64,000 nucleotides of DNA, taken from Eubacteriales bacterium. GTDB lineage: Bacteria; Bacillota; Clostridia; Oscillospirales; CAG-272. Position numbers and translations under genes: made by a program. Shown here piece by piece: positions 51,383 through 60,239 of this stretch. Under the pieces are notes generated by a model. It saw nothing but the letters and a program-made list of their open reading frames with translations, searched no databases and had not been told where the DNA came from. The stretch lies in contig JAZRIQ010000044.1 in the NCBI GenBank assembly GCA_045645405.1, forward strand, positions 12,152-76,151, written 5' to 3'. The stretch's first letter is position 1; each line of letters opens with the position of its first letter.

Positions 51383-54300
51383 TTATGCATCGATTGTGGA
51401 TATTGTAAGTGTGATTTCCTCTAAAACGTCAAGTAAAATTCTTACTGTATCAAGAGACGTAAAGAGCGAGATATTGTTTTCAATTGCAAGATGACGGATT
51501 TCGTAGCCGTCCTTTTGGTGTGAGCCGTGGCTTGAAGAAGCGTCGCTTGTGTTAATTACGTAAGCAATATGTCCTTGACGCATTGTTTCCGGAATATCAT
51601 TTGAGCCTTCGCCGATTTTGTGCTTTACTCTTGTTCTTATGCCATGCTCCTTTAAGAACTTAGCAGTGCCCTCGGTTGCCTCAATATTAAAGCCGAGGTT
51701 GTAGAAGCGGCGGATAAGCGGAAGCGCCTCCTCCTTATCGTCCTCTGCAATTGTTGCAAGAATTGTGCCGTAGTTCTGTACCTGCATACCCGATGCCTGA
51801 AGCGCCTTATAGAATGCGCGGTTCAAGGTGTCGTCATAACCGATTGCCTCACCGGTTGACTTCATTTCCGGGGAAAGGTAAGCGTCAATGCCGCTGATTT
51901 TCTTGTATGAGAATACAGGAACCTTACAGTACCATCTCTTCTTTTCCTGTGGATAGAGGTCGAAAATTCCAAGCTCCTTAAGTGACTTGCCAAGGATAAC
52001 CTCTGTTGCGATGTCTGCAAGTGAGTATCCTGTAGACTTAGAAAGGAACGGAACAGTTCTTGATGAACGCGGGTTAACCTCAATGATATAAACGTCATCG
52101 TTTTGGTCAACGATAAACTGAATGTTGAAAAGACCTATAATGCCAATTCCAAGACCGAGCTTCTTTGAGTAGGTCAAAATCTTGCCCTTAACCTTATCTG
52201 AAATTGAGAATGACGGATAAACGGAAATTGAGTCACCTGAGTGAACGCCCGTTCTTTCAACAAGCTCCATAATACCTGCAACGAATACGTCGCGTCCGTC
52301 GCAAATTGCGTCTACCTCAACCTCCTTGCCCTTGATATAGTGGTCAACGAGAACAGGCTTGTCAACGTCAATTTCAACAGCTGTCTTAAGGTACTGACGA
52401 AGCTGCTTTTCGTTACCTACAAGCTGCATTGCGCGTCCACCAAGAACGAAGGAAGGACGAACAAGAACAGGATAGCCAACCTCTTTAGCAACTCTTACGC
52501 CGTCCTCAATATTCGTAACGGCTTGTCCCTTTGGCTGTGGAATATCAAGCTCCTCAAGAATCTTCTCAAAGGAATCTCTGTTTTCTGCTCTGTCAATAGC
52601 TTCGCAATCTGTACCGATAAGCTTAACTCCGCGCTCAGCAAGGGGAGCTGCTAAGTTGATAGCTGTCTGTCCGCCAAGAGAAGCAATAACGCCGTCGGGC
52701 TTTTCAAACTCAATAACCTCCATTACGTCCTCTACTGTAAGCGGCTCAAAATAGAGCTTATCAGAGGTTGTATAGTCGGTGGAAACGGTTTCGGGGTTAT
52801 TGTTGATAATGATAGCCTCGTAGCCGGACTCCTTAATAGTCTTTACCGCATGAACGGTTGAGTAGTCAAACTCAACGCCTTGACCGATACGGATAGGACC
52901 TGCGCCTAAAACGATAATTTTCTTTCTGTCTGTCAAGATTGACTCGTTTTCACCCTCGTTTGATGAGTAGAAATAAGGAATGTACGCACCAACGTGAGCA
53001 GTATCAACCATTTTGAAGATTGGTACAATCTTATTTTCGTGACGGAAATTGTAAACGTCAATTTCCTTTGTATTCCAAAGCTTTGCAATATACTTATCGC
53101 TAAAGCCCATTTTCTTTGCTGCTCTTAAAATTTCAACGCTTCTTACGTTGTCTGAAAGAGTTTTTTCCATATCGGTAATCTTTTTGAAGGATTCCAGGAA
53201 GTAAGACGTAATCTTTGTTACGTTATGAAGCTCCTCAACAGTTGCACCGTGACGGAAAAGCTGACAAATTGCAAAAATATTGTCGTCGTGGAACTCCTCA
53301 ACGTACTCGTAAAGCTCCTTGTCGCTGTAAGAATCGAATTTAGCCATATACAAGTGGCAAACGCCGATTTCAAGAGAACGAACCGATTTAAGCAAGCATT
53401 CCTCAAGGTTAGCGCCGATACCCATACACTCGCCCGTTGCCTTCATCTGTGTGCCGAGTTTATTTGGAACTGTTGTAAATTTATCGAATGGAAAGCGTGG
53501 GAATTTAGCAACAACGTAGTCAAGCTTTGGCTCGAAGGACGCCTTTGTTCCCGCAACCTCAATCTCATCAAGAGTCATACCAACAGCAATTTTAGCAGTT
53601 ACTCTTGCAATAGGATATCCGCTGGCTTTGGAAGCAAGTGCGCTGGAACGTGAAACTCTCGGATTTACCTCAATTAAGTAATACTCGCTTGTTTCCGGAT
53701 TCAATGCAAACTGTACGTTACAGCCACCCTCAATCTTTAATGCACGGATAAGTCTTATAGCGCTGTCGTTAAGCATCTTCAAATCGTGGTCGTTGAGAGT
53801 CATAATAGGAGCTACAACTATTGAGTCACCTGTATGAACGCCAACGGGGTCTATATTTTCCATACCGCAAATTGTAATTGCATTATCCGCACCGTCACGC
53901 ATAACCTCAAATTCGATTTCCTTAAAGCCCTTTACGCTCTTTTCAACAAGCACCTGGTGAACAGGAGATGCATCAAGCGCGCCCTGAGCAAGCTCTACGT
54001 ACTCTTCCATATTGTATGCAAAGCCACCGCCTGTGCCACCGAGGGTAAATGCAGGACGTAAAACAACAGGGAAGCCGATTTTTTCAATAGCAACCATAGC
54101 CTCGTCCATATTGTTAGCGATTTCGGAAGGAATTACAGGCTCGCCGATTGACTCGCAAAGCTCCTTAAATAATTCTCTGTCCTCTGCTCTTTCAATGGAA
54201 GCGCTTGACGTACCGAGAAGCTCTACTCCGCTCTCTTTAAGAACGCCCTTCTTTTCAAGAAGCATAGCCATATTAAGTCCTGTCTGACCGCCGATACCGG

Positions 54301-54562
54301 GAACGATTGCATCAGGACGCTCGTGTCTTATAATTTTCGCAACGTATTCAAGTGTAAGCGGCTCCATATAAACCTTGTCCGCAATAACAGTATCAGTCAT
54401 AATGGTTGCAGGGTTAGAGTTTACAAGAATAACCTCGTAGCCCTCCTCGCGAAGAGCAAGGCAAGCCTGTGTACCTGCATAGTCAAATTCTGCCGCTTGA
54501 CCGATAACGATAGGGCCTGAGCCTATAATCATAACTCTTTTAATGTCTTTTCTTTTTGCCAT
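51383..54562 (-). CDS. carB: Carbamoyl-phosphate synthase large subunit
   Basis: 1059 aa. It has duplicated ATP-grasp halves (IIGSGPIVIGQAAEFDYAGTQA, and LGAGPIRIGQGVEFDY) and an MGS-like C-terminal domain. Confidence 0.95.
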   Translation of the reverse strand: MAKRKDIKRVMIIGSGPIVIGQAAEFDYAGTQACLALREEGYEVILVNSNPATIMTDTVIADKVYMEPLTLEYVAKIIRHERPDAIVPGIGGQTGLNMAMLLEKKGVLKESGVELLGTSSASIERAEDRELFKELCESIGEPVIPSEIANNMDEAMVAIEKIGFPVVLRPAFTLGGTGGGFAYNMEEYVELAQGALDASPVHQVLVEKSVKGFKEIEFEVMRDGADNAITICGMENIDPVGVHTGDSIVVAPIMTLNDHDLKMLNDSAIRLIRALKIEGGCNVQFALNPETSEYYLIEVNPRVSRSSALASKASGYPIARVTAKIAVGMTLDEIEVAGTKASFEPKLDYVVAKFPRFPFDKFTTVPNKLGTQMKATGECMGIGANLEECLLKSVRSLEIGVCHLYMAKFDSYSDKELYEYVEEFHDDNIFAICQLFRHGATVEELHNVTKITSYFLESFKKITDMEKTLSDNVRSVEILRAAKKMGFSDKYIAKLWNTKEIDVYNFRHENKIVPIFKMVDTAHVGAYIPYFYSSNEGENESILTDRKKIIVLGAGPIRIGQGVEFDYSTVHAVKTIKESGYEAIIINNNPETVSTDYTTSDKLYFEPLTVEDVMEVIEFEKPDGVIASLGGQTAINLAAPLAERGVKLIGTDCEAIDRAENRDSFEKILEELDIPQPKGQAVTNIEDGVRVAKEVGYPVLVRPSFVLGGRAMQLVGNEKQLRQYLKTAVEIDVDKPVLVDHYIKGKEVEVDAICDGRDVFVAGIMELVERTGVHSGDSISVYPSFSISDKVKGKILTYSKKLGLGIGIIGLFNIQFIVDQNDDVYIIEVNPRSSRTVPFLSKSTGYSLADIATEVILGKSLKELGIFDLYPQEKKRWYCKVPVFSYKKISGIDAYLSPEMKSTGEAIGYDDTLNRAFYKALQASGMQVQNYGTILATIAEDDKEEALPLIRRFYNLGFNIEATEGTAKFLKEHGIRTRVKHKIGEGSNDIPETMRQGHIAYVINTSDASSSHGSHQKDGYEIRHLAIENNISLFTSLDTVRILLDVLEEITLTISTIDA

Positions 54563-54603
54563 TTTCCTTTTCTCCTATATATTAAGTTAAATTTTAAACG
54601 CTT

Positions 54604-55788
54604 TTATTTGCTCGCATTGTAAGCTTCGTTACCGTCGCATACTGTCATCAAGCATTTACCAAAGATCTCTTTTCCCTCAAAAGGCGTTTTCTTGCCCATT
54701 GATAAGAAGCTATCGGGATTTACTGTATATTTACTTCCAAGATCGAACACCGTATAGCCGTTATCCTTAATTCCAAATCTCTTGCGAGGATTTATTGCCA
54801 TAAGCTCAATCAGTTTTTCCATAGTTATAACGCCTGTTTTCACAAAATGGGTGTACATTACGCTAAACGCGGTTTCAAGTCCCACAACTCCCATTTTACT
54901 TCCCTTAAGCCCTTGGGATTTTTCCTCAAGACTGTGAGGGGCATGGTCCGTTGCAATCATATCTATGGTACCGTCTATAATGCCCTCAACAAGAGCAAGG
55001 CGGTCGCTTTCATCTCTTATAGGCGGATTCATTTTAAATCTGCCGTCGTCCTCTATATCCATATCGTTGAGAACTAAATAGTGCGGCGCCGTTTCACAAG
55101 TGATATTAACTCCCTCTTTCTTTGCTTTACGTATTAACGCAACGCTTTCCTTTGTGGAAATGTGGCAAACGTGGTAAGCACAGCCCGTTTCCTTGACAAG
55201 CTCAATATCTCTTGCTATCTGCTCCCATTCGCTTCGGGATGAAATTCCCTTCATTCCGTTAAGGGCACAGAAAAGTCCGTCGTGAATATATCCTCCAAAC
55301 AGCAAGCTATCAACCTCACAGTGAGCTACAATGATTTTCTCAAGGCTTTTTGCCTTAAGCATAGCCTTGCGCATCATTTCTTCATTCTGTACGCCCCTGC
55401 CGTCATCGGAATAGGCAATACACAAATCGCAAAGCTCATCAAAATCAGATAGCTCCTGTCCCTTCTGCTCTTTTGTAATAGAAGCGTAGGGATATACGGC
55501 AATTTTGGCATCTTTTTTAATAATATCGAGCTGCTTGCTTATGCTTTCTTTGCTGTCGGGTACAGGGTCTAAATTAGGCATTGTGCATACTGCGGTATAT
55601 CCGCCGTGAGCTGCACATAAGGAGCCTGATTTAATTGTTTCCTTGTACGAAAAACCCGGCTCTCTGAAATGCACATGCACATCACAAAATCCGGGCAAAA
55701 TAACAATATTATTTTCGTCAACGCCAAAAGCATTAGATAAAGAATCTATGAACGTTTTATCAAACTGTGTTGTAGTATAGTTTTTCAT
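54604..55788 (-). CDS. pyrC: Dihydroorotase
   Basis: I start it at MKNYTTTQF because AGGAGAG lies 7 nt upstream (the ORF track starts at 55809). Motifs are DVHVHFREPG (metal-binding HxH), ATDHAPH and HVCHIS. Confidence 0.88.
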   Translation of the reverse strand: MKNYTTTQFDKTFIDSLSNAFGVDENNIVILPGFCDVHVHFREPGFSYKETIKSGSLCAAHGGYTAVCTMPNLDPVPDSKESISKQLDIIKKDAKIAVYPYASITKEQKGQELSDFDELCDLCIAYSDDGRGVQNEEMMRKAMLKAKSLEKIIVAHCEVDSLLFGGYIHDGLFCALNGMKGISSRSEWEQIARDIELVKETGCAYHVCHISTKESVALIRKAKKEGVNITCETAPHYLVLNDMDIEDDGRFKMNPPIRDESDRLALVEGIIDGTIDMIATDHAPHSLEEKSQGLKGSKMGVVGLETAFSVMYTHFVKTGVITMEKLIELMAINPRKRFGIKDNGYTVFDLGSKYTVNPDSFLSMGKKTPFEGKEIFGKCLMTVCDGNEAYNASK

Positions 55789-55817
55789 AATATTCTCTCC
55801 TGCTTTCATACCGATTT

Positions 55818-55851
55818 CAAAAAAACACCTTATCTTTCGACAAGATAAGGT
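55818..55851 (-). terminator. Leader (attenuator) terminator upstream of pyrC
   Basis: The minus-strand RNA reads ACCUUAUCUU-gucga-AAGAUAAGGU, a perfect 10-bp stem, then G plus U7. It ends about 30 nt before the pyrC ATG and lies downstream of the promoter at 55915-55943. Confidence 0.65.
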
Positions 55852-55914
55852 TATATTATTCCTGCCGAAAAAACAGTCTTATTTGAAACCGCAGTTTTGG
55901 TTTTATCGCTCTAT

Positions 55915-55943
55915 ATTATAGCAAATATATATTACTTTGTCAA
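55915..55943 (-). promoter_or_regulatory. Consensus promoter of the pyr operon
   Basis: Minus strand reads TTGACA, 17 nt, TATAAT. Confidence 0.65.
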
Positions 55944-56111
55944 TAATATATTTTCATTTTTTGATATATTATTATATTCCACAACAGAAAAAGGCTTTTT
56001 TTAGTCTCTTTTGTATTATTTGTCAAAAAAAGCTTGCGACTCATTTTTAAGATAAGTATGAATAAACGTCAATTTTTTGTGCAAAAATATCAAAAAATAT
56101 TACTGCCATTA

Positions 56112-56140
56112 TTGACATTTTTATGTAAATGTGCTATTAT
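56112..56140 (+). promoter_or_regulatory. Candidate promoter of mgsA
   Basis: Reads TTGACA, 17 nt, TATTAT. Confidence 0.5.
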
Positions 56141-56193
56141 TATCTTAGAAACAGGTGTTTTGTATCCAATTTGTTTTCTTGGAGGTGTTACCA

Positions 56194-56646
56194 TTGGAAA
56201 TTGCAATCATAGCAGATGATTCTAAGAAAGAGCTTATTACACAGTTTTGTATAGCATACTGCGGTATTTTGAGTAAGCACTCCATTTGTGCCACAAGCAC
56301 AACGGGAACCTACATTTCAGAAGCCACAGGATTAAAAATAGAAAAATTGCTTTCAGGCGCTCACGGCGGAGAGCAACAAATTGCATCAAGAATCGCTTTT
56401 GATGAAATTGATATTCTCTTCTATTTCCGTGCCAACACTCCGCAAAACACGTCAATTTACGGAGAAGGCTCAGCTACTGAGCAAACTCTGCTCCGCTTAT
56501 GTGACGTTCACAACGTGCTTCTTGCCACTAACATTGCTACTGCAGAAACTATTGTCAGCGCTCTTGACAGAGGCGACCTTGGATACCGTGACTTTATAAA
56601 TCCACGCTCCGAATACAATCTCAAAAAGAAGAAGCGCAAAATATAA
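56194..56646 (+). CDS. mgsA: Methylglyoxal synthase
   Basis: I prefer the TTG start at 56194, 6 nt after GGAGGTG, giving (M)EIAIIADDSKKEL. The sequence ...ATSTTGTYISEATGLKIEKLLSGAHGGEQQIASRIAFDEIDILFYFR...LLRLCDVHNVLLATN matches the MGS family. The ORF track start at 56155 is probably too far upstream. Confidence 0.8.
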   Translation: MEIAIIADDSKKELITQFCIAYCGILSKHSICATSTTGTYISEATGLKIEKLLSGAHGGEQQIASRIAFDEIDILFYFRANTPQNTSIYGEGSATEQTLLRLCDVHNVLLATNIATAETIVSALDRGDLGYRDFINPRSEYNLKKKKRKI

Positions 56647-56840
56647 ACAACCGAAAACAAATACGCTCTGAAAGGTCCCTATGCCTGTCGGAGCTGTTTT
56701 ATTTTCGGAATATTTCCCTTTGCGGCTTCAAAAATCATTTTTTTGCAAGGGAGTGTCGTTTTTTATGTTTTGCGGCACTTTCTTAAAGCCGCTTTTATCG
56801 ACACATTATCCGCTTTTTTACATTTTGCGAATTATTTGTA

Positions 56841-56869
56841 TTTACAATTTTGCTTTTGCGTGTTATAAT
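56841..56869 (+). promoter_or_regulatory. Candidate promoter of the LRR lipoprotein gene
   Basis: Reads TTTACA, 17 nt, TATAAT. Confidence 0.5.
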
Positions 56870-56900
56870 TGTATATATTGAAAAATCAAAGGAGCTTATT

Positions 56901-58217
56901 ATGAAAAAAATTTCTGTTTTACTTTTGATTATAGCCACGGTGCTTTTTGCCGGAATGGCTCTTTCTTCCTGCAATAAAGCTACTGAGGGACTTGAATTTT
57001 ATCCTTACGGCGACGAGGGGTATTCCGTTGGAATTGAAAACGGTAAAGCTCTTAAGAAAATTGTAATTCCCAAGGAGCATGACGGAAAGCCCGTTGTTGC
57101 TATTGCAAAAAAAGGATTTTTAGGTTGCGAAAACGCTCAATCAGTTTATATTCCCGACTCCGTTAAAATAATAGGGGAAAATGCCTTTCAAAACTGCTAC
57201 AAGCTTGAAAAGCTCACTTTGCCCGGCTCCGTTACCGAAATTGGAAGCAACGCTTTCAAGGGCTGTAAGGCTTTAACCTCTCTTAACCTACCTGAAGGAA
57301 CGGTATCCGTTGGTGAATTTGCGTTTAGTAACTGCAAGGGTATTACGAACATCAGCTTCTCAAGCACGGTTACAACTATTGGTGCTTGTGCATTCGAGGG
57401 CTGTACCTCTCTTACCTCTGTTTCGATTCCGAAAAACGTAACCGCTATCGGTGACGGTGCGTTTCAGAACTGCTCCTCACTTACCGTTATTTCTGTTGAT
57501 GAAAACAGCGAAAGCTATAAAACTGATGACAATATTCTTTACAGTAAGGACGGCTGTACGCTCATTCAGCACCCTGCAGGAAAATCAGTCTTTGAATTTA
57601 TCGTTCCCGACACAGTTACAAGAGTAGGCGCCCACGCCTTTGCAGGCTGTAACGGTCTTATTCGCATAACAATACCTAAAACAGCCACATCAGTTGGTGA
57701 AAAGGCATTTGATAAATGTCCTATTGAAAACGCCACCGTTCCGACCTGTGCCCTTTCTGAGCTTCCAAAGAACACAATTAAGCTTCTTGAAATTAACGGC
57801 GGTGAGAAAATAGAGAAGGAAGCCTTCAAAGACTGTGATACGCTCAAGCGTCTCACCATTGCGGGAAGCGTTAAGGAAATCGGCGACAGCGCATTTTACG
57901 GCTGTAACGATTTAAGAAACGTAATTATTTCCGAAGAGGGGCTTGAGGTTATTGACGAATACGCATTTAAGGGCTGTCCTTATCTTGAAAAAATCGACCT
58001 TCCCGAATCACTTAAAACCATCGGCTCTTCTGCATTTAAGGACTGCATTCGAATTGCAAAAATTATTATTCCCGAGGGTGTAACCAAAATTGACAGATTT
58101 GCCTTTGAGGGTTGCTTGTCCTTAAGAATATATTGCAGAGGCACAATGGGCTCAGGCTGGAACGACTGGTGGAACAGCTCAGACTGCCCCGTTACCTGGC
58201 GCTACGTGGGTAAATAA
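56901..58217 (+). CDS. BspA-type LRR (LRR_5) lipoprotein
   Basis: I start it at MKKISVLLL, with AAAGGAG upstream (the ORF track starts at 56850). Lipobox is LSSC. LRR_5 repeats run throughout. The C-terminus reads IYCRGTMGSGWNDWWNSSDCPVTWRY. Confidence 0.75.
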   Translation: MKKISVLLLIIATVLFAGMALSSCNKATEGLEFYPYGDEGYSVGIENGKALKKIVIPKEHDGKPVVAIAKKGFLGCENAQSVYIPDSVKIIGENAFQNCYKLEKLTLPGSVTEIGSNAFKGCKALTSLNLPEGTVSVGEFAFSNCKGITNISFSSTVTTIGACAFEGCTSLTSVSIPKNVTAIGDGAFQNCSSLTVISVDENSESYKTDDNILYSKDGCTLIQHPAGKSVFEFIVPDTVTRVGAHAFAGCNGLIRITIPKTATSVGEKAFDKCPIENATVPTCALSELPKNTIKLLEINGGEKIEKEAFKDCDTLKRLTIAGSVKEIGDSAFYGCNDLRNVIISEEGLEVIDEYAFKGCPYLEKIDLPESLKTIGSSAFKDCIRIAKIIIPEGVTKIDRFAFEGCLSLRIYCRGTMGSGWNDWWNSSDCPVTWRYVGK

Positions 58218-58227
58218 AAGCCCTCTG

Positions 58228-58256
58228 TTGACAAAACGTTTAGTGTATGATAAAAT
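58228..58256 (+). promoter_or_regulatory. Candidate promoter
   Basis: Reads TTGACA, 17 nt, TAAAAT. Confidence 0.5.
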
Positions 58257-58304
58257 ATAGACGTTACTTTTTCATTGGTTACTTAAATCTATAGGAGAAT
58301 TATT

Positions 58305-59360
58305 ATGAAAAAAATACTCATTTTGCTTTTAGCTTTTGCAATTTTTACTGCGATGATGTTGGTTTCCTCATCATGCTCCTGCAACAATCAGGGTGATGAC
58401 TCGTCCGATACCGGCTCTGTACCCGACTCAAGCAATGCTGATACAGGCTCCGAGCAGGATACAGGCAGTACTGACTCAAATAATCAAGACAAGCCAAGCG
58501 ACGATACTCAAAATCAAAAGCCCGAGCTTTTATTTGCGTTACTTGATGATGGCACGTACGAGGTTTCATGCGGCTCTGCTATCAATTCAACCGAAATTAC
58601 AGTTCCAGAGTCCTACGAGGGCAAGGCTGTTACTTCCGTTGCGGAATTTGGCTTTGCAGACTGCTCCAGCTTAAAGACAATCGTATTACCAAGCACCATT
58701 AAAGAAATCAAAGCGTCTGCCTTTTACGGATGCAGCGCTCTTACCTCTTTGGAAATTCCAAATAGTGTTACCGTAATAGGTAAGGAGGCGTTTTTGCTTT
58801 GCAGCAGTCTTAAAACTATCACCATTCCGACAGGCGTTACAGAAATCGGTCAATATGCATTTACAGGCTGCTATTGTCTTGAAAGCATTTCAGTTGACGA
58901 AAATAACGCAAACTACAAATCAATAGACGGCAATTTATATTCCGCTGATGAAAAAACTCTTATTAAGTACGCTCAAGGCAAGCTTGATACCTCATTTACA
59001 GTTCCAAGCTCCGTTACAAAAATAGACGGAAGAGCCTTTATAGACTCTCACTCGCTTTTGACAATTGAAATTCCAAACGGAGTTACAAGTATAGGTGATG
59101 AGGCTTTTACTAACTGTATTTTACTCTCGACCATTAACATTCCGACAAGCGTAACAAGCATTGGCAAAAGCGCATTTAATAACTGCTCATTGCTTCAATC
59201 CATTGTGATTCCAAACTCAGTTACCGAGATTGGTGAATCTACTTTCGCTAACTGCTCCAAGCTGACAATTTATTGCGAGGCTGAAAACGCACCGCTGGGC
59301 TGGAGCAATCTTTGGAACTACTCTGAAAGACCTGTTGAATGGGGCTACACAGGCGAGTAA
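58305..59360 (+). CDS. BspA-type LRR (LRR_5) lipoprotein with an S/D/T-rich linker
   Basis: 351 aa. Lipobox-like SSSCSC, then a low-complexity segment DDSSDTGSVPDSSNADTGSEQDTGSTDS, then LRR_5 repeats. The C-terminus reads IYCEAENAPLGWSNLWNYSERPVEWGY. Confidence 0.75.
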   Translation: MKKILILLLAFAIFTAMMLVSSSCSCNNQGDDSSDTGSVPDSSNADTGSEQDTGSTDSNNQDKPSDDTQNQKPELLFALLDDGTYEVSCGSAINSTEITVPESYEGKAVTSVAEFGFADCSSLKTIVLPSTIKEIKASAFYGCSALTSLEIPNSVTVIGKEAFLLCSSLKTITIPTGVTEIGQYAFTGCYCLESISVDENNANYKSIDGNLYSADEKTLIKYAQGKLDTSFTVPSSVTKIDGRAFIDSHSLLTIEIPNGVTSIGDEAFTNCILLSTINIPTSVTSIGKSAFNNCSLLQSIVIPNSVTEIGESTFANCSKLTIYCEAENAPLGWSNLWNYSERPVEWGYTGE

Positions 59361-59373
59361 ATCATAAAATTTC

Positions 59374-59402
59374 AAGGAGAGCTAAATCGGCTCTCCTTTT
59401 TC
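59374..59402 (+). terminator. Rho-independent terminator
   Basis: Stem AAGGAGAGC-taaatcg-GCTCTCCTT, followed by TTTTT. Confidence 0.7.
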
Positions 59403-59450
59403 TTGGTCATAAAAAATCTCTTTGATAATATTATTAAATGAGGTGATTTT

Positions 59451-59927
59451 ATGAAAAAGCTGATTTTAATTTTTCCCTTGCTTGTTTTATTTTTTGCTTC
59501 CTGCAAGCAGGAATATGATATTTTGTCCTATCAAGCAAACGATTTGGAGGCGCACTGCACAGTAAATGAAAATTATGAGGTTATAATATCGAAAAATAGT
59601 TCTTCTCTTTCCCTTCACGTTTTGTCCCCTGACAGTTTAAACGGTGTAAGCTTCGAAATTACTGACAATACAGCCTGTATTCTTAAGGACGATATGAAAA
59701 TTGACGTAAAGAAGGATAGCCTTGCGGGAATTTGCGCCATTTTAAATTCATTTTCATTAAGAGAGGAAGCAATTACAACGGTAAATCAAAATAACGTTAT
59801 TTCCTTCGATACCGATTACGGTATTTACACAGTCACTTATGGCGAAAACAATTTACCTTATCTGATTTCCATAACAGGTGAGGCGTACGAATATCAAATA
59901 AAGGTAAATTCCATTAAAATTCAATAA
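59451..59927 (+). CDS. Hypothetical lipoprotein
   Basis: 158 aa. The signal peptide carries lipobox FFASC. I recognise no other motif. Confidence 0.5.
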   Translation: MKKLILIFPLLVLFFASCKQEYDILSYQANDLEAHCTVNENYEVIISKNSSSLSLHVLSPDSLNGVSFEITDNTACILKDDMKIDVKKDSLAGICAILNSFSLREEAITTVNQNNVISFDTDYGIYTVTYGENNLPYLISITGEAYEYQIKVNSIKIQ

Positions 59928-59942
59928 AATCATTGACAAAGC

Positions 59943-59971
59943 ATTTTAAGCGTGATATACTCTCTACATAA
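59943..59971 (+). promoter_or_regulatory. Promoter upstream of the lysine riboswitch
   Basis: Reads TTGACA, 17 nt, TATACT. Confidence 0.6.
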
Positions 59972-59981
59972 AAATAGAGGT

Positions 59982-60126
59982 TGCGGATATTATGATAAAC
60001 GCAGACAGGGCTAAGGTCTGCGCGGTAAAGGAATGTCCGCCGAAAGTATGCTTTTTCCCAAGGAAGCATATTTGGGGATTGCGAGAATATCGCAATAACT
60101 GTCACCAACACGGTGGAGTGCTATTA
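59982..60126 (+). promoter_or_regulatory. Lysine riboswitch (L-box) aptamer
   Basis: It contains the L-box landmarks in order. These are AUAGAGGUUGCG (5' P1/P2), GUCCGCCGAAAG, UUUGGGG, the AUUGCGA-gaau-AUCGCAAU stem, and AACUGUCACC-aacac-GGUGGAGUGCUAU (3' P1). Confidence 0.8.
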
Positions 60127-60142
60127 AAGGTTATGATTTTTT

Positions 60143-60175
60143 AATCACGGCATTTGATAGTGCCGTGATTTTTAT
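60143..60175 (+). terminator. Riboswitch expression-platform terminator
   Basis: Stem AATCACGGCA-tttgatag-TGCCGTGATT, followed by TTTTAT. Confidence 0.7.
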
Positions 60176-60239
60176 ATTGCAGCACAAGGTGCTGCAATCC
60201 ACTCTTCCATTCAAAAAAATAAAAATTTAGGAGGAAAAT

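Noticed and set aside
55789-55910. PyrR-binding antiterminator in the pyr leader
   Set aside because: I could not find the conserved PyrR binding-loop sequence by eye. Only the terminator is reported. A covariance-model scan is needed before excluding a PyrR site.
59982-60126. T-box leader upstream of the NhaC-family gene
   Set aside because: There is no conserved T-box sequence (AAnnnGGGUGGUACCGCG-like) and no specifier-loop architecture. The L-box landmarks fit instead.
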